Source: Pseudobdellovibrionaceae bacterium
GTDB lineage: Bacteria > Bdellovibrionota > Bdellovibrionia > Bdellovibrionales > UBA1609
Assembly (NCBI GenBank): GCA_018663505.1
Contig: JABJQG010000036.1
Coordinates: 2,680 to 66,679 of the forward strand
Length of the DNA stretch: 64,000 nucleotides
Reading direction: 5' to 3'
This document shows, in pieces, positions 62,961 to 64,000 of the stretch; within the stretch, counting starts at the first letter, position 1, and every line of letters starts with the position of its first letter. Both the position numbers and the translations under genes were made by a program. The notes beneath the pieces are model-generated. The model did no database searches, had not been told where the DNA came from, and worked only from the letters and a program-made list of their open reading frames with translations.

Positions 62961-63998
62961 TTAATTAAATATTAACTTACAACTGGAAAAAGAGCCTTTC
63001 TCACTTACTACTGTCTTCCATACTACTTCACGTTGTTTAGCAATAGGATGTGTCAGATTGTACACAAAGACCCTTACTTGCTCCAATAGCTCTCTTGATC
63101 CATTCCCTTCAATTAACTTAGAGTCTAGATCAATAATAATATCATTTAAAAATTCTCGAAGCAGTACCTCTCCATCAATTTCTTTAGATTGAATATCATG
63201 AATTTCTTGCTTTAACTCTTCGGTAAAACCCTTTCCCATCAGCAGACTAAATGCTGTGATGGCAACAGAGTATAAATCTGTATTCGTTTTATGGTGTTTT
63301 TTATAATCATTCCATTCACTAGGCCGATATGGAAGTGTAGACACTAAGTTTGCCGAGTCATTTCTATAAAGTTTCGCTGTTTCAAAATCTATGAGCTTAA
63401 ATTGTTTACTGAGTAAATTAAACATAACGTTAACTGGCTTAATATCTCCATGTATTAAGCCTAAATAAGATAACTCATTTACGGCCGCAATACTGAAATC
63501 GATAAAATCAGTAATGAACTCTAGTCTTTTAACAAACTCCTTACTTCCAGGCAGTTCAGATATAAGTGACACGACCCCTGACGACGAAAGTCCCTCATTT
63601 TGTAATACAATAATCATTCTGCTATTGTGATATCCCCAGTAACTCTTTGGTGCACCATAATCAATCACCCGAACTAAATTTACTGTTGAATTCTCATTAA
63701 GAATCTCATTATTCTTCTTTATGCGCAGCTTTGCCTTCTCAACCCTTTTAGTGAACAAACCGATATCATTTGGGTATAATATTCCAAATGGAAGTGTACT
63801 TTTGGGTGAATACGTCTTCTTGAAATCTACTAATTTGAGAATCACATCTTCTTTAGAATCCAAATCCATAGCCTTATAGACCTGACCAAACTCACCCGAA
63901 ATCACATAACTAGTAATTCGATATCTTTTAATTTGTTGATCAAATTCTGATCTTACCTCAACCTCAGAAAACTTCTTATAGGTCGTTTTTTTTGCCAA
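62961..63998 (-). CDS. Ser/Thr protein kinase-like protein (5' end may extend beyond the window)
   Basis: At least 345 aa. It has a Gly-loop SGEFGQVYKA, VILKLV (Lys), the catalytic loop HGDIKPVNVM, DFE in place of DFG, and PYRPSEW (APE-like). The ORF is open to the window edge, and the TTG at 63996-63998 is only a tentative start. Confidence 0.65.
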   Translation of the reverse strand: MAKKTTYKKFSEVEVRSEFDQQIKRYRITSYVISGEFGQVYKAMDLDSKEDVILKLVDFKKTYSPKSTLPFGILYPNDIGLFTKRVEKAKLRIKKNNEILNENSTVNLVRVIDYGAPKSYWGYHNSRMIIVLQNEGLSSSGVVSLISELPGSKEFVKRLEFITDFIDFSIAAVNELSYLGLIHGDIKPVNVMFNLLSKQFKLIDFETAKLYRNDSANLVSTLPYRPSEWNDYKKHHKTNTDLYSVAITAFSLLMGKGFTEELKQEIHDIQSKEIDGEVLLREFLNDIIIDLDSKLIEGNGSRELLEQVRVFVYNLTHPIAKQREVVWKTVVSEKGSFSSCKLIFN

Positions 63999-64000
63999 CA

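Noticed and set aside
1-64000. Search for CRISPR arrays, rRNA or tRNA genes, IS elements, integrases or phage genes
   Set aside because: I found no regularly spaced direct repeats, no tRNA-like GC-rich cloverleaf segments (for example GGTTCGAATCC-type T-arms), no transposase or integrase motifs in any listed ORF, and no rRNA-like sequence. Absence is judged by eye only. tRNAscan-SE, Infernal and ISfinder would be decisive.

Overview
This is an AT-rich bacterial chromosomal window with about 55 protein-coding genes. By eye I found no rRNA, tRNA, CRISPR array, transposase or integrase. The gene content includes RNase Y, an E. coli-type membrane FadE, class Ia NrdAB, very many signal-peptide proteins, and giant FG-GAP and Fn3-like envelope proteins. 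That content fits a low-GC predatory Bdellovibrionota/Bacteriovoracaceae-like organism, but this is inference only.

Recognisable housekeeping and accessory genes:
- TPM-LemA pair
- ETF-ubiquinone oxidoreductase
- UvrD-family helicase
- HAMP-SpoIIE phosphatase
- RNase Y
- S10 carboxypeptidase
- EamA transporter
- L31 type B
- FadE
- an M48 peptidase plus three tandem AIM24/TIGR00266 genes
- CPBP protease
- CDF transporter
- NrdA and NrdB

The most interesting region is about 46.3-57.2 kb on the minus strand. A STAND-type P-loop ATPase with a C-terminal OmpR-type winged helix sits directly upstream of nine overlapping (translationally coupled) genes. All nine encode leader-bearing proteins that I cannot assign to any family. 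Six of them form one paralogue family. Two others carry motif-level signatures of a trypsin-like protease and a permuted-papain (PPPDE-like) protease.

Other notable observations:
- A conserved GC-rich core of about 60 nt sits at the centre of two different long palindromes that bracket the ETF-QO gene.
- A recurring N-x-C-x-x-[LHY]-F motif follows the predicted signal-peptide cleavage site in five otherwise unrelated proteins, including normally cytoplasmic enzyme folds.
- A hybrid histidine kinase is split by one in-frame TAA inside the receiver's VDD-x-xxIR start.
- A small secreted protein is built from six C-x4-C-x3-GW repeats.

All family assignments rest on motifs read from the supplied translations. 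No database search was run.
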